Source of the DNA: an uncultured bacterium
GTDB taxonomy: Bacteria > Zixibacteria > MSB-5A5 > UBA10806
Direction: 5' to 3'
Assembly (NCBI GenBank): GCA_965541585.1
Contig: CBEUCH010000014.1
Coordinates: 22,391 to 86,390 of the forward strand
Length of the DNA: 64,000 bases
In this document: piece by piece, positions 10,345-21,349 of the stretch
Numbering within the stretch: position 1 is the first letter of the stretch
Layout: every line of letters starts with the position of its first letter
Made by a program: the position numbers and the translations under genes
The notes under the pieces: model-generated
What the model was told of the DNA's origin: nothing
The model's database searches: none
What the model saw: the letters and a program-made list of their open reading frames with translations, nothing else

Positions 10345-11886
10345 ATGAAAAAACTCAATTCCAGCCTTTTAATATTCATTATTTTTCTGCTCTTTTTTCT
10401 GGCAGTACAAAATGCCGACCAGCAGGTAGATTCATACTCTTTCGTTCTGGACGCCCGAAATGGAGAGGGTTTATTTCATCCACACCACCTGCTTTATAAC
10501 GTTTTCCGATATGCCCTGTACCAGGCATCGATATCAGTGGACATGGATGCGATGAAAGTCCTGTCTATTGCCAATTCCCTGTTCGGCGCGCTTTCGTTGG
10601 CGTTTATATTTATGATCGTAAGAACTAGAACATCTTCCACTTTAGCCCTGACGGCGTCAGTGGCGGTGGGATTTCTATATTCCTTCTGGTATTTTTCAAC
10701 ATCGGTCGAAGTTAACATTACATCGCTGATGTTTTTGTGCCTTGCGCTCTATTATCTGTCTGCCAAACCACCCAATGAAAAAAACACCATGGCCGTTTTC
10801 GCGTTTATAACGGCCGGAATACTCTTCCACCAGCATATGGTATTGGCCGTAATACCTATTCTGCTTTACGAGGCCCACCGGCATCGATCTTTTGCGCTGG
10901 CCGTGAGGTATTCCATGCCGAGCTTTGTGACGGGAGCGCTGATATATCTCATCATAGGAATAATCGAGGCGCCGGATAAAAGCATCGGAGGCCTGTATAG
11001 ATGGTTGACGCTATACACCCACTTAGGCCATTGGGGAAAGCTCCGGTGGACAAACTTCCTGACCAGCCTGTGGGGAGTTGCCAAATCGGTCTTTGGCGGG
11101 GACAACCTGAGGCAGGTATTTTACAGTGACAACTTAGCGGTGTCAAACGTGATATACATCGTAGCGGCGGCTCTGTCATCTATGGGATTTCTTCTGCTTC
11201 TGGTCTCAGCTTTTCGTCATTTTTCGAAAAAGAGGAATTCATTTGAGTGGCTGTTATTGTCACTGGCGGTAATTTTCGTAGTTTTCGCATTCTGGTGGGC
11301 ACCCACTGATTCTGGTTTCTGGCTATATCCAGTTGTGCTGTTTCTTCTGTTCATCATCATGGCGGTCAGCGAGAATTATCGGATGAAAAGAGTATTATAT
11401 CTCGCCGTAGTGCTGCTGGTCACGATTAATACCTTCTATGAAATAGTATCGTCATCGGTGGCGAAAAAGTCAATTGCCCGGCAGGGGGCCGAAGCTTTGA
11501 GCAGACTCGAGCTTACCCCGGATGATCTGCTGTTGACCAATCTCGGGCGGATACCTCTAGCGCTCGATTATCACTATGGGATAAAAGTGCCATCTACCGG
11601 CCTGGCCTTTCTGGAAGAGGGTGAAAATGACGAGACCGTCAAAGAATACCACAGGCTGATTGGACAGAATCGAGGAAGAGTCATCATATTCGAGAATGAG
11701 ATCAGCCCCGAAGCGCATCGACGCTTCCTGTTCGAGAGGTTTTCGGTGGAAGATTATTCCAACGTATATAGCCGATACATTCCTCTTTTAATACCCCTCG
11801 ATTCCATCGCGGTTTATGGCAAGAAAGTAAAAATATATCAAATCCGCAACAATGTGACTAAGGGTGATGGAATTCTCTCTCAATAG
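10345..11886 (+). CDS. Polytopic membrane protein, GT-C (PMT/ArnT-like) glycosyltransferase candidate
   Basis: Many TM segments, early VDS..HPHHLLY loop, STSVEV; located in the LPS cluster. Confidence 0.55.
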   Translation: MKKLNSSLLIFIIFLLFFLAVQNADQQVDSYSFVLDARNGEGLFHPHHLLYNVFRYALYQASISVDMDAMKVLSIANSLFGALSLAFIFMIVRTRTSSTLALTASVAVGFLYSFWYFSTSVEVNITSLMFLCLALYYLSAKPPNEKNTMAVFAFITAGILFHQHMVLAVIPILLYEAHRHRSFALAVRYSMPSFVTGALIYLIIGIIEAPDKSIGGLYRWLTLYTHLGHWGKLRWTNFLTSLWGVAKSVFGGDNLRQVFYSDNLAVSNVIYIVAAALSSMGFLLLLVSAFRHFSKKRNSFEWLLLSLAVIFVVFAFWWAPTDSGFWLYPVVLFLLFIIMAVSENYRMKRVLYLAVVLLVTINTFYEIVSSSVAKKSIARQGAEALSRLELTPDDLLLTNLGRIPLALDYHYGIKVPSTGLAFLEEGENDETVKEYHRLIGQNRGRVIIFENEISPEAHRRFLFERFSVEDYSNVYSRYIPLLIPLDSIAVYGKKVKIYQIRNNVTKGDGILSQ

Positions 11887-12023
11887 ATTTGCGGCCTGGA
11901 GTACCGAGAACGATCGGAATTTCCTTCGGGTAGCAGTAAAATGGCCACCCGAGGGGCAAATCTATCCCGCCACCCCCGCCTTTTCTATTGACTAAGTGCA
12001 TCAGTATAAATTAATTCTCTACT

Positions 12024-12557
12024 ATGCGGAAAGCGGTGCATAAGAATCTGAAGTCGAAGCTTAAGAAGATCGAGCTTTTCGTTTTCGATGTCGATGGCGT
12101 TCTCACCGACAACACCGTCTGGATGGGAGGCGACGGTGATGAATACAAGCGGTTCAATATCGCTGACGGTATGGCGGTTTATATCGCCCGGCGGGCGGGG
12201 ATACCCACGGCGTTTGTCTCGGGCCGAAAATCTAAAGCCACCACCGCACGGGCACGGGAGTTGAAGATAAAAGACCTTTTCCAGGAGGCCGGGCCGAAAC
12301 GGGTGCCGTTTGAAAAGCTTCTGAAGAAATATAAACTGGTTGCCGAACAGGTGGCGTTCATGGGCGATGACGTTATCGATGTGGCGGTGATGAGAATGGC
12401 CGGCATCGCGGTCACCGTGCCGCATGCACCCTCATATGTCAGAAGATACGCTGATATCGTGACCAAACGGCGGGCCGGTATGGGTGCGGCGAGAGAATTG
12501 GTGGACATGGTGTTGAAGGCGAAAGGACTGGATCCGGTTGAACTCACTTATAGATAA
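12024..12557 (+). CDS. kdsC: KDO 8-phosphate phosphatase (HAD)
   Basis: DVDGVLTD and MGDDVID motifs; context. Confidence 0.92.
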   Translation: MRKAVHKNLKSKLKKIELFVFDVDGVLTDNTVWMGGDGDEYKRFNIADGMAVYIARRAGIPTAFVSGRKSKATTARARELKIKDLFQEAGPKRVPFEKLLKKYKLVAEQVAFMGDDVIDVAVMRMAGIAVTVPHAPSYVRRYADIVTKRRAGMGAARELVDMVLKAKGLDPVELTYR

Positions 12558-13500
12558 GGCCAGAGAGGTTATTCTCAAAGAGGCCGAGGCCCTGCAGGAA
12601 ATGGCCGGACGGCTTGACGGGAGTTTCGTCAAGGCTGTTGATCTTCTATTCAAAGCGAAAGGCAGGGTTATAATCGCCGGCATCGGTAAGTCGGGGCAGG
12701 TGGCCAGGAAGATTGCGGCGACGCTCTCGTCCACAGGGACACCGGCGTTTTTCATTCATCCCACCGAAGGTGTTCACGGCGATATCGGCATGGTGCTGGG
12801 TGGTGATGTGGCAATTCTGATCAGCAAATCAGGCGATACCGAGGAGCTTTTAAGGCTTCTGCCTATTTTCAAACGCCTGGAGGTACCCGCCATAGCGCTT
12901 ACCGGCAGCAACGGTTCCCCGCTGGCTCAGCAATCCGATGTCGTCCTCGATACGTCTGTAAAGAGTGAAGCCTGCCGCTTGAATCTGGTTCCGACATCAT
13001 CGGCCACCGCCGCCCTGGTCATGGGGGATGCTCTGGCTGTAGTGCTGGTGGAATTACGAGGCTTCACGGTCGATGATTTTTCATTCATTCATCCCGGCGG
13101 CGCTTTAGGACGGAAACTCATCAAGGTCGGCGATCTGATGCATACCGGAGATGAACTGCCGATTGTCAGGGATGATGCCAGTTTCAAGGATATGCTGGTG
13201 GCCATGACATCGAGGCGGTTTGGCCTGACGTTGATAGTGAGTGACACCGGAAAACTCATCGGTATTTTCACCGACGGCGATCTCCGTCGCACGGTGGAGG
13301 CGCATGACAATCCGCTGGATCTGAAGGCCGGTGATATAGCTATTTCAAATCCAAAGAAGATCGGCGCCGATGAACTGGCGGCTACCGCGGTGGCCATTAT
13401 GGAGGATCATAACATAACCAGCCTGGTCATTACCGACGGAGATGGTCGGCCGGTGGGATTGATACACCTCCACGATCTTTTGAAAGCCAAGGTTATCTGA
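12538..13500 (+). CDS. kdsD: Arabinose-5-phosphate isomerase (SIS + CBS)
   Basis: GIGKSG, HGDIG, HPGGALG and GIFTDGDLRR motifs. Confidence 0.95.
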   Translation: MNSLIDKAREVILKEAEALQEMAGRLDGSFVKAVDLLFKAKGRVIIAGIGKSGQVARKIAATLSSTGTPAFFIHPTEGVHGDIGMVLGGDVAILISKSGDTEELLRLLPIFKRLEVPAIALTGSNGSPLAQQSDVVLDTSVKSEACRLNLVPTSSATAALVMGDALAVVLVELRGFTVDDFSFIHPGGALGRKLIKVGDLMHTGDELPIVRDDASFKDMLVAMTSRRFGLTLIVSDTGKLIGIFTDGDLRRTVEAHDNPLDLKAGDIAISNPKKIGADELAATAVAIMEDHNITSLVITDGDGRPVGLIHLHDLLKAKVI

Positions 13501-14453
13501 TGTCGAATCTGCGGCAGATCAAGAATGATATTATATATATATTGATAAGAGCGCTTATATTCTTACTTGAGAATATGCCTCGCAATGCGGCCCTGAGATT
13601 CGCCGGCATGATAGGTGAGATTGCTGCTATGATCGATGTCAGGGAGCGAAAAATAGCCGAGGAAAACCTCCGGCGTATATACGGCGGGAAATGGAGCGAT
13701 ACTAAGATTAAGCTTGTAGCCAGAGAATGTTTTGTTAAGATAGCCTTGAACGCCGCGGATGTGATTCAATCGAGGAATTGGACGCCTGATGATCTTGAGA
13801 AGCTGGTTGACGTGGAGGGCATTGAGCATTTTGACAGGGCATTCGAAAGAGGCAAGGGAGTGGTAGCAATAACGGGCCATATCGGTAATTTTGAGCTGCT
13901 GGCCGCCTGGTTCGCCGCCGTAAAAAAAATCCCCCTCTCGGTTATCGGTAGGAGGCTTTACGATGACAGGCTGGATCAACTGGTAGTGCAAAACCGGCAG
14001 CGGTTCGGAATAGAGAATATACCGTCGGATGCATCCGCGAAGACGGTTTTCTCGGCTTTGAGGGTGGGCCGGATGCTGGGCGTGCTTATCGACCTGGACT
14101 CCTCGAAAATCGCCGGAGAATTTGTTCCCTTTTTCGGTATTCCCGCCAGGACGGCATCCGGACCGATAGTCATCGGCCGCAGGACAGCAAGCCCCGTGGT
14201 CCCCATGGCCATGTTCCGAACCGAAGACGATCGTTTCAAAATAAAGATCCTGGCATCATTTGATATAGCGCATACCGGGGATAAAGAGGCCGATGTTCTC
14301 GAAGCGCTCAGCAAATGCAATAGAGCGCTGGAGGAACTGATAAATCTCGATCCTACCCAATGGCCCTGGATTCATGACCGCTGGAAATCAAAACCTTCCG
14401 GGGTTAACGGCGTAAAAGAGAAACCGGAGGAGGTAGGATTATCAGCAGGCTGA
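13500..14453 (+). CDS. lpxL: Lipid A late acyltransferase (HtrB/LpxL family)
   Basis: GHIGNFE acyltransferase motif, VPFFG, QWPWIHDRWK. Confidence 0.85.
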   Translation: MSNLRQIKNDIIYILIRALIFLLENMPRNAALRFAGMIGEIAAMIDVRERKIAEENLRRIYGGKWSDTKIKLVARECFVKIALNAADVIQSRNWTPDDLEKLVDVEGIEHFDRAFERGKGVVAITGHIGNFELLAAWFAAVKKIPLSVIGRRLYDDRLDQLVVQNRQRFGIENIPSDASAKTVFSALRVGRMLGVLIDLDSSKIAGEFVPFFGIPARTASGPIVIGRRTASPVVPMAMFRTEDDRFKIKILASFDIAHTGDKEADVLEALSKCNRALEELINLDPTQWPWIHDRWKSKPSGVNGVKEKPEEVGLSAG

Positions 14454-14455
14454 TT

Positions 14456-15025
14456 TTGAATATCTTTCTGGTTCTCACAACGGCGGCCGCCTGCAGCAAA
14501 ACTGAAAGGCAGCCGGAAGAGCCTCTGGATGAAAAAATACCGGATTCGGTTATCCAGAACGCTACAATAGCTTTGACCTCCGAGGGATTAAAAGAGGCTG
14601 TGATTTTCGCTGATACGTTGACTGTTTTCGACCGGGAGGATTCCACGATTGCCGTAGGGGTCAAGGTCGATTTTTACGATGAGAACGGCGAATATCAATC
14701 TACACTGACCTCGAAAGAGGGTCTGGTAAGGCAGACGAGGCGTGAGTTTTGGGTACGGGGCGACGTTGTTGTCGTCAGCGATTCATCGCGGCTCGAGACT
14801 GAATCGCTGAAGTGGGATCCGGTGCAAAAACTGATTACCACCGATGATTTCGTAAGACTTCACAGGGGAAAAGACATTATTACCGGCTACGGAATGGAGG
14901 CCGATAGCAGGCTTGAGAATGTGAGAATCCTCCGGGATATTAAAGGCAGCATAACGGATATTCCTCAAAGCGAGGAAGAGTTGGATGAACTCGAAGGAGA
15001 CGAGGGCGGGGGGAATCTTCCATGA
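14456..15025 (+). CDS. lptC: LPS export protein LptC (lipoprotein-type signal; start uncertain)
   Basis: AAAC lipobox-like segment, [26 protein letters not shown]; immediately before lptB. Confidence 0.8.
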   Translation: MNIFLVLTTAAACSKTERQPEEPLDEKIPDSVIQNATIALTSEGLKEAVIFADTLTVFDREDSTIAVGVKVDFYDENGEYQSTLTSKEGLVRQTRREFWVRGDVVVVSDSSRLETESLKWDPVQKLITTDDFVRLHRGKDIITGYGMEADSRLENVRILRDIKGSITDIPQSEEELDELEGDEGGGNLP

Positions 15026-15780
15026 TGGCCGTAACTGAAGGCGGAAACATTAATTCGTCCCGGCTGAGATCCGAGGAGCTTCTTAAGATTTACCGAAAGC
15101 GCCGCGTTGTCGACGGCGTTTCAATATCGGTTTCTTCGGGGGAGATTGTCGGTCTTTTAGGCCCCAATGGCGCCGGGAAAACCACAACGTTCTATATGAT
15201 TACAGGGTTAATCCGTCCCAATGATGGCAAGATTTATATGGACGATGAGGACCTGACCCGGCTCCCGATGTATAAGAGATCTCGCAAGGGAATCGGGTAT
15301 CTGCCGCAGGAACCTTCGATATTCAGAAAGCTGAGCGTCGAGCAAAATATAATGGCCATTCTGGAGACGCTGCCGATCTCCCGGAGCGAGCGCAAAGGCC
15401 GCCTGGAGAAACTGTTAGACGATCTGGACATAAAACCTCTCGCCAGGTCTATGGCCTATAATCTATCAGGTGGCGAGAGACGCCGTGTGGAGATCGCCAG
15501 GGCGCTGGTGACAGAGCCAAAATTTATGCTGCTGGATGAGCCATTTTCCGGCATCGATCCCATCACCGTCGAGGAGATACAGAGGATAATAGCGGGCCTG
15601 AAGGAAAAAGGGCTCGGTATTTTGATCACCGATCATAACGTCAGGGAGACTCTATCTATCACCGATCGGGCCTACGTTATTTGTGACGGCGAGATTCTCA
15701 AAAGCGGCACCTCGGAGTTCCTGGCTAATGATCCCGAGGCCAGGAAAATCTATCTTGGTGAAAAATTCAGGTTGAATTAG
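15022..15780 (+). CDS. lptB: LPS export ABC transporter ATPase
   Basis: [35 protein letters not shown] and YLGEKF motifs. Confidence 0.95.
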   Translation: MMAVTEGGNINSSRLRSEELLKIYRKRRVVDGVSISVSSGEIVGLLGPNGAGKTTTFYMITGLIRPNDGKIYMDDEDLTRLPMYKRSRKGIGYLPQEPSIFRKLSVEQNIMAILETLPISRSERKGRLEKLLDDLDIKPLARSMAYNLSGGERRRVEIARALVTEPKFMLLDEPFSGIDPITVEEIQRIIAGLKEKGLGILITDHNVRETLSITDRAYVICDGEILKSGTSEFLANDPEARKIYLGEKFRLN

Positions 15781-15898
15781 GGGGGAGTCGTGCCCGGCTG
15801 TTACAGTCTTAACCATATAAAGGAAAATTGTGTTGATCCGCTATTTAACGTATTCGCAATTGGTGGCTTAATTTTTCCTAGATAATTTCGGGAGGGAC

Positions 15899-18800
15899 AT
15901 GTTACTAACAGAAAATCAACTTGATGAGTGGGTACGAGCCAATTCGCGCGATGCTCAGGGGGTAATCGTTGAGCTTATATGGCGGTTGGTGGTCGGATCT
16001 TGTCCCCGTCCTCCCGAGCGGCGATTTCCGCTGGGCGACAGCATCAATCAGCCGGGTCCCGACGGTTTCCTAAATACGGATATGGCATATGAGCCTTTTG
16101 TACCGTTGGGAAAATCTTTTTGGGAAATCGGTACAGGTTTAAACGCAGCCAGTAAGGCGACTTCGGACTATAACGACCGTACAGCTGACACACCTGGAGA
16201 AATCCGAAAAGAATCTGCGTTTATTTTTGTTACGCCCTTGTCGGCAACACGGGATTGGAAATACACATGGAAGGAAGGATCTCAAGCTTCTTGGATTGAG
16301 AAACGGGCCAAGAAGAAAGAATGGAAAGAGATTCGTGTGATAGATGGCACCAAACTAATAGATTGGTTGCGACAATTCCCCGCTGCTGAATTGTGGATGT
16401 CGGCCAATATGGGTATTCCTGCAGACGGAATGGAAACGATAGAGCAAAGTTGGGGATTGCTGCGAAACATTGGTGCGCCTCCTCCATTATTACCTGATGT
16501 TTTTCTTGGGAATCGAGATGACGCGTGTGTCAAACTTAAGGAATTTTTTTCACGCACTCAACTGCAACTCAAACTTGAGTCGCATTTCCCCTATCAGATT
16601 GTCCAATTTGTCGCTGCTTACGTGGCGAATATGGAAGACAATTTTCGAGTCGAAATTATCGGCCGCTGCGCGGTAGTCTCGAATATTAAAGCGTGGAATG
16701 CTATTATGGAACTCAAGGACAAGCATTTTTTGGTGGCCGATCCTAGTCTTGATTTAACAAGTGAAGTTGGTATGAAATTGATAGAGAAAGCTCGCATGGC
16801 AGGTCACTTTGTTGTCTACGGTGCAGCACCAGGGGGCATTCCACATCCAAATACCGCCAAAATCCCTAATCCAAGAGATTATCAGATTCGAGAAGCCTTG
16901 ATAAAATCTGGTTATAAAGAGGAGCGAGCACGAACAATTGCCCAGAAAAGCGGCGGGAATCTTGGCTCTTTGCTTCGATGCTTACAGAATTTGTCTTTGA
17001 TGCCAGAATGGGCAGAACGAACCACGGCGGCGGAACTGGCCATTGCCGAAATTCTGGGAAGCTGGGATGAGAGCTCTAAAGCGGATATAACAGCGGCCGA
17101 GAGATTATCGGGAAAAGCATACGGGGAGTGGATCGAGACGATACGTGAAATCATACTTCGTCCGGGCACTCCCCTAATTCAGAGGGATTCTATTTGGAAG
17201 TTTATTGCCCGGTATGAAGGATGGTATGCTTTAGGGCCGCGTCTGTTTGACAAGCATTTAGATTTAATTCTAAAAGAATCGGTTAGAATTTTGAAAGAAG
17301 CTGATCCTAAATTCGATTTGCCACGTGAAGAACAATTTACTGCCAGTATTCATGGAAAAGTCCTCTCGCATTCGACTGCGCTGCGAAACGGTCTCGCAGA
17401 TTGTCTTGCGCTGCTGGGAAGTCACCCTAAAGCTCTCTTATCATGTACTTTAGGCAAACCCGAATCCACTGCCGCGCTTGCGGTTCGCGGAATTCTATCG
17501 GGAACTGATTGGAAATTATGGGCCAGTTTGAATGATCAATTGCCCTTACTTGCTGAGGCATCTCCTGATGAGTTTCTTGACGCTGTCGAAAAAGCGTTAA
17601 GCAGTGATCCATGTCCATTTGATAAAGTGTTCGAGCAAGAAGGTTCGGGTGTTATGGACTGGAATTATATGACCGGTTTACTTTGGGCGTTGGAGACACT
17701 GGCTTGGAGCGAGGTATATTTGGCTCGAGCAACTGTAATTTTGGGTGAGCTTGCCGTACGTGATCCCGGAGGAAATTGGGCAAACCGTCCGTCCAATTCT
17801 CTAACGACGATTATGCTCCCGTGGATGCCGCAGACATGTGCTCCCATCGAAAAGAGGATTGGCGCGGTTTCCATATTAATTAAAGAAAAACCGGATATAG
17901 CATGGAACTTATTATTAAGCCTGCTGCCTAGTTCACATCAAATGTCATCAGGTACAAGAAGACCTGCTTGGCGAGAATTCATACCTGAAAATTGGCCATC
18001 TGCCATAACGCGACAGGAATACGCCGATCAAGTTATTCGTTATACGGATATAGTTATAGAAGCCGCCAAGAATGATCTCTCAAAACTCGCCCAACTTATC
18101 GACAGGATCGAAGATCTGCCATTAGAAGCGCGCAATCGCTTGATTGAACACTTGGACTCCGATTCAATAGCTGATTTGCCGGAGGAAACCAGACTCAAAC
18201 TATGGGAAGAACTAATCGATCTTATTAACAAACATAAGAGGCATGCAGATGCTAAATGGGCGATGGAACAAGATCAAATTGATGTACTTTCCAATATCGC
18301 TGGTCGGCTTGAACCCAGAACCCCGGCCCACCTATACCGACGGTTATTTAGCGAAAGGGATCTTGATTTATATGAAGGGAAGGGAGATTGGCACAAACAG
18401 GCTGAAGACTTGGAAGAACGTCGCCGGAAAGCGGTCGCGCATATATATGAGGAAAACGGCATTGGAACGGTTATTGATTTTGCTAAAAAGGTTGAATCTC
18501 CCTGGCGCGTAGGAATAGCATTGGGAGCTATTTCTCAAGAAGATGCTGATAAGATCATTTTACCTGATTTTATAAATATTGATGACAAGACTCTTATTCA
18601 ATTTACTGCTGGTTTTGTTAGAGGAAAATTCAATTGCTGCGGGTGGTCTTGGGTTGATAAGATTAATACTGCAAATTGGTCTAATATTCAAATAGGCCAG
18701 TTTCTTGCTTATCTACCTTTTGGTCTCGATACATGGAAACGAGCAAAGGATTTTCTCAAAGATGACGAATCTATTTATTGGAACCAGACCAATGCCAATC

Positions 18801-19696
18801 CATATGAAACAGATAATAATCTCGATATTGCGGTAAATCGCCTTATTGAATTTGGAAGGCCAGGTGCGGCAATTCGATGTTTGCATAAGAATATTCGGGA
18901 TAAAAACCTCATGATGGATTCTACTCTTGCAATTCGTGCTTTACTAGCATTTCCGAAATCATCGGAGAGGCCTTTGAGTTCTATGCTATCTCATGAAATT
19001 GCGGAAGTGATAAGAGCTTTGCAGGAAGATCCAAATGTGTCAGTAGATGACTTGTTTAGGATCGAATGGATATTCCTACGTCTTTTGGATAGAAACACCG
19101 GCGGGCCCCCGAGGTTACTTGAAAAAATGCTTTCTGAAAAACCAGAATTTTATTGCGAGGTGATTCGCACGGTTTACCGGTCAAAAAATGAGGAAGAGAC
19201 CGTTGAACCGACAGAGCTTCAAAAAAACATGGCAAGCAACGCATATCATTTACTTCACTATTGGAGGAAACCACCGGGCATCGTAGAAGATGGTTCTTTT
19301 GATGGGGACCGATTAAATAGATGGGTAAAATTCGTTAAAGAGGAATCCGCTAAAACAGGTCATTTTGAGGTTGCCATGCATCGGCTCGGCTATGTTCTAA
19401 TCTATGCACCCCCCGACCCAGACGGATTATGGATTCACAATGCGGCCGCTTCCATCCTAAACGAAAAAGACACAGATATGATCCGCGATGGTTTTAGAAA
19501 TGGGCAATTTAATTCCCGTGGTGTGTATACCGGTACAGGTGGCAAAGAGGAACTAAAGATAGCAGAAAATTACAAATCTCGAGCAGATGAACTGGAAGCC
19601 AAAGGATTTCATCGTCTTGCTGCTACAATAAGGGAATTGGCAAAAGCCTATGAGCATGAATCTGAGCGTGAATCTAGAAAAGAAGATGATTTTTAA
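15899..19696 (+). CDS. 1265-aa hypothetical protein: N-terminal restriction-endonuclease-like region plus long helical region; putative defence protein
   Basis: Long open frame after GGAGG. N-terminal PGPDG..WEIG..KATSDY resembles PD-(D/E)xK-type domains. Visibly AT-richer than flanks and interrupts lptB-rpoN. Confidence 0.55.
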   Translation: MLLTENQLDEWVRANSRDAQGVIVELIWRLVVGSCPRPPERRFPLGDSINQPGPDGFLNTDMAYEPFVPLGKSFWEIGTGLNAASKATSDYNDRTADTPGEIRKESAFIFVTPLSATRDWKYTWKEGSQASWIEKRAKKKEWKEIRVIDGTKLIDWLRQFPAAELWMSANMGIPADGMETIEQSWGLLRNIGAPPPLLPDVFLGNRDDACVKLKEFFSRTQLQLKLESHFPYQIVQFVAAYVANMEDNFRVEIIGRCAVVSNIKAWNAIMELKDKHFLVADPSLDLTSEVGMKLIEKARMAGHFVVYGAAPGGIPHPNTAKIPNPRDYQIREALIKSGYKEERARTIAQKSGGNLGSLLRCLQNLSLMPEWAERTTAAELAIAEILGSWDESSKADITAAERLSGKAYGEWIETIREIILRPGTPLIQRDSIWKFIARYEGWYALGPRLFDKHLDLILKESVRILKEADPKFDLPREEQFTASIHGKVLSHSTALRNGLADCLALLGSHPKALLSCTLGKPESTAALAVRGILSGTDWKLWASLNDQLPLLAEASPDEFLDAVEKALSSDPCPFDKVFEQEGSGVMDWNYMTGLLWALETLAWSEVYLARATVILGELAVRDPGGNWANRPSNSLTTIMLPWMPQTCAPIEKRIGAVSILIKEKPDIAWNLLLSLLPSSHQMSSGTRRPAWREFIPENWPSAITRQEYADQVIRYTDIVIEAAKNDLSKLAQLIDRIEDLPLEARNRLIEHLDSDSIADLPEETRLKLWEELIDLINKHKRHADAKWAMEQDQIDVLSNIAGRLEPRTPAHLYRRLFSERDLDLYEGKGDWHKQAEDLEERRRKAVAHIYEENGIGTVIDFAKKVESPWRVGIALGAISQEDADKIILPDFINIDDKTLIQFTAGFVRGKFNCCGWSWVDKINTANWSNIQIGQFLAYLPFGLDTWKRAKDFLKDDESIYWNQTNANPYETDNNLDIAVNRLIEFGRPGAAIRCLHKNIRDKNLMMDSTLAIRALLAFPKSSERPLSSMLSHEIAEVIRALQEDPNVSVDDLFRIEWIFLRLLDRNTGGPPRLLEKMLSEKPEFYCEVIRTVYRSKNEEETVEPTELQKNMASNAYHLLHYWRKPPGIVEDGSFDGDRLNRWVKFVKEESAKTGHFEVAMHRLGYVLIYAPPDPDGLWIHNAAASILNEKDTDMIRDGFRNGQFNSRGVYTGTGGKEELKIAENYKSRADELEAKGFHRLAATIRELAKAYEHESERESRKEDDF

Positions 19697-19771
19697 ACAT
19701 AGTTGTTAAATTTAACCCCCCCCTATCCGATCCCAAAAAAAATCGTATTATTTTCGCTTTCATTACTAATT

Positions 19772-19814
19772 TGGACTAAATTTTGCTTGCAATTACCGCC
19801 TAAACTGATATATT
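19772..19814 (+). promoter_or_regulatory. sigma54-type -24/-12 element abutting a sigma70-like promoter upstream of rpoN
   Basis: TGGACTAAATTTTGCT (GG-N10-GC) at 19772-19787; TTGCAA-16nt-TATATT at 19787-19814. Confidence 0.4.
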
Positions 19815-19909
19815 GACTCATAGAAAGAAGAGGCTTTCGTTTAAGTCTAATTCCGGTTATGCCGATAAATAGAGCGGTGGTGAGGAAGTCTCTGAATTAG
19901 GATAAGTCT

Positions 19910-21349
19910 ATGGTTAATATTAGGATGTCACAAATAGTGGGGCTTCGGGCCGAACTTACGGTAAGGCCCGATCTGATCCAGTCGCTGAAACTCCTGATGG
20001 AGCCTATCCTGAATCTCGAGCAGGTTTTAAGGCAGAATCTGGCCGAAAATCCCCTTCTGGAGGAGATCGAGGAGCAGGAGGAGGAGATAATACAACCCGA
20101 GGTTCCGGAGCCGGCCCGCAAGAATGACGAGAAACTCAAGGAGATCGACTGGCAGGAGTTCTTAGGCGAGGAGAATGAATGGGTTTCGGGGCATTACAGG
20201 GATTTTTCCGAAAGCGACGAGGAGAGAACCGAGCGGACCCAGGTTGTGGAGAAAACTCTTTATGATCATCTTTTCGAGCAGCTTGGCTATACCCGTCTGA
20301 GCGATGAGGAGATTGAAATAGGAGCATACATTATAGGCAATATTGATGAATCCGGTTTTTTGCAATCGGAAGTCAACAGGATGGCCGAGGAGCTTCAGAA
20401 GGATCCGGAGATGGTTGAGAAGGTATTGAAGGTTATCAAGAAGTTTGACCCTCCGGGGGTCGCTTCACGTGATCTGCGCGAATGTCTCCTGGCTCAGCTC
20501 GAGGAACAAGGGCTTAACGGTTCTCTGGTATGGGAGCTTGTGGATGAACATCTTTACACGCTTGATAAGAAAAGCGTTTCTCAGCTCTCCAAACTGACGG
20601 GAGCATCGCCTGAGAAGGTACAGTCTGCGCTGGATATCATAAAGAGTCTATCGCCAAAGCCGGCTCAGGGTCAATTTGTGAAACCCGCGGCAGCAGTGGT
20701 GCCGGATCTGATTGTCGAGAAAATGGACGGGGACTATGTGATCTTTCATAACGATAAGAATCTTCCCAGAATGCGTATCAATCAATCCTACCGGTCTTTG
20801 ATCAGGCGGGGTAATAAAACCCCGGAAACCACAAAGAATTATATTCGTGAAAAGCTGGAGCAGGCCCGATGGCTCATTAACGCCATAAACCAGAGGCGGA
20901 GCACCATGATTAACGTTATGGAAGCCATAGTGGAGGAACAAGTAGGCTTTCTCGAACATGGCGAGGACCATATCAGGCCGCTGACAATGGAGCAAATAGC
21001 CGATAAAGTCGGGATGAATGTTGCTACCATATCGCGGGTGGCCAGCGGAAAATATGTCCAGACGCCTCTCGGGGTGTTCGAAATCAAATACTTTTTCAAC
21101 ACCGGGGTTTCGACGGCGAATGGGGAGGATCTATCAAAGCGGGTGGTGAAGAACAGGATCCAGGCTGTCATTTCGGGTGAAAACCCGGCCCTGCCACTGT
21201 CCGACCAGGAGATTGCGAATATTCTTAAAGAGGATGGTGTGAAGCTTGCCCGGCGAACAGTCACCAAATACCGTGAAGAATTGGGCATAAAATCGGCGAG
21301 ATTCAGAAAACAGTTATCGGGGAGTTCCTCCGGTTCCTCATCGATTTAG
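19910..21349 (+). CDS. rpoN: RNA polymerase sigma-54 factor
   Basis: ENPLLE, FDPPGVASRDLRECL, ATISR and RpoN box ARRTVTKYRE. Confidence 0.97.
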   Translation: MVNIRMSQIVGLRAELTVRPDLIQSLKLLMEPILNLEQVLRQNLAENPLLEEIEEQEEEIIQPEVPEPARKNDEKLKEIDWQEFLGEENEWVSGHYRDFSESDEERTERTQVVEKTLYDHLFEQLGYTRLSDEEIEIGAYIIGNIDESGFLQSEVNRMAEELQKDPEMVEKVLKVIKKFDPPGVASRDLRECLLAQLEEQGLNGSLVWELVDEHLYTLDKKSVSQLSKLTGASPEKVQSALDIIKSLSPKPAQGQFVKPAAAVVPDLIVEKMDGDYVIFHNDKNLPRMRINQSYRSLIRRGNKTPETTKNYIREKLEQARWLINAINQRRSTMINVMEAIVEEQVGFLEHGEDHIRPLTMEQIADKVGMNVATISRVASGKYVQTPLGVFEIKYFFNTGVSTANGEDLSKRVVKNRIQAVISGENPALPLSDQEIANILKEDGVKLARRTVTKYREELGIKSARFRKQLSGSSSGSSSI

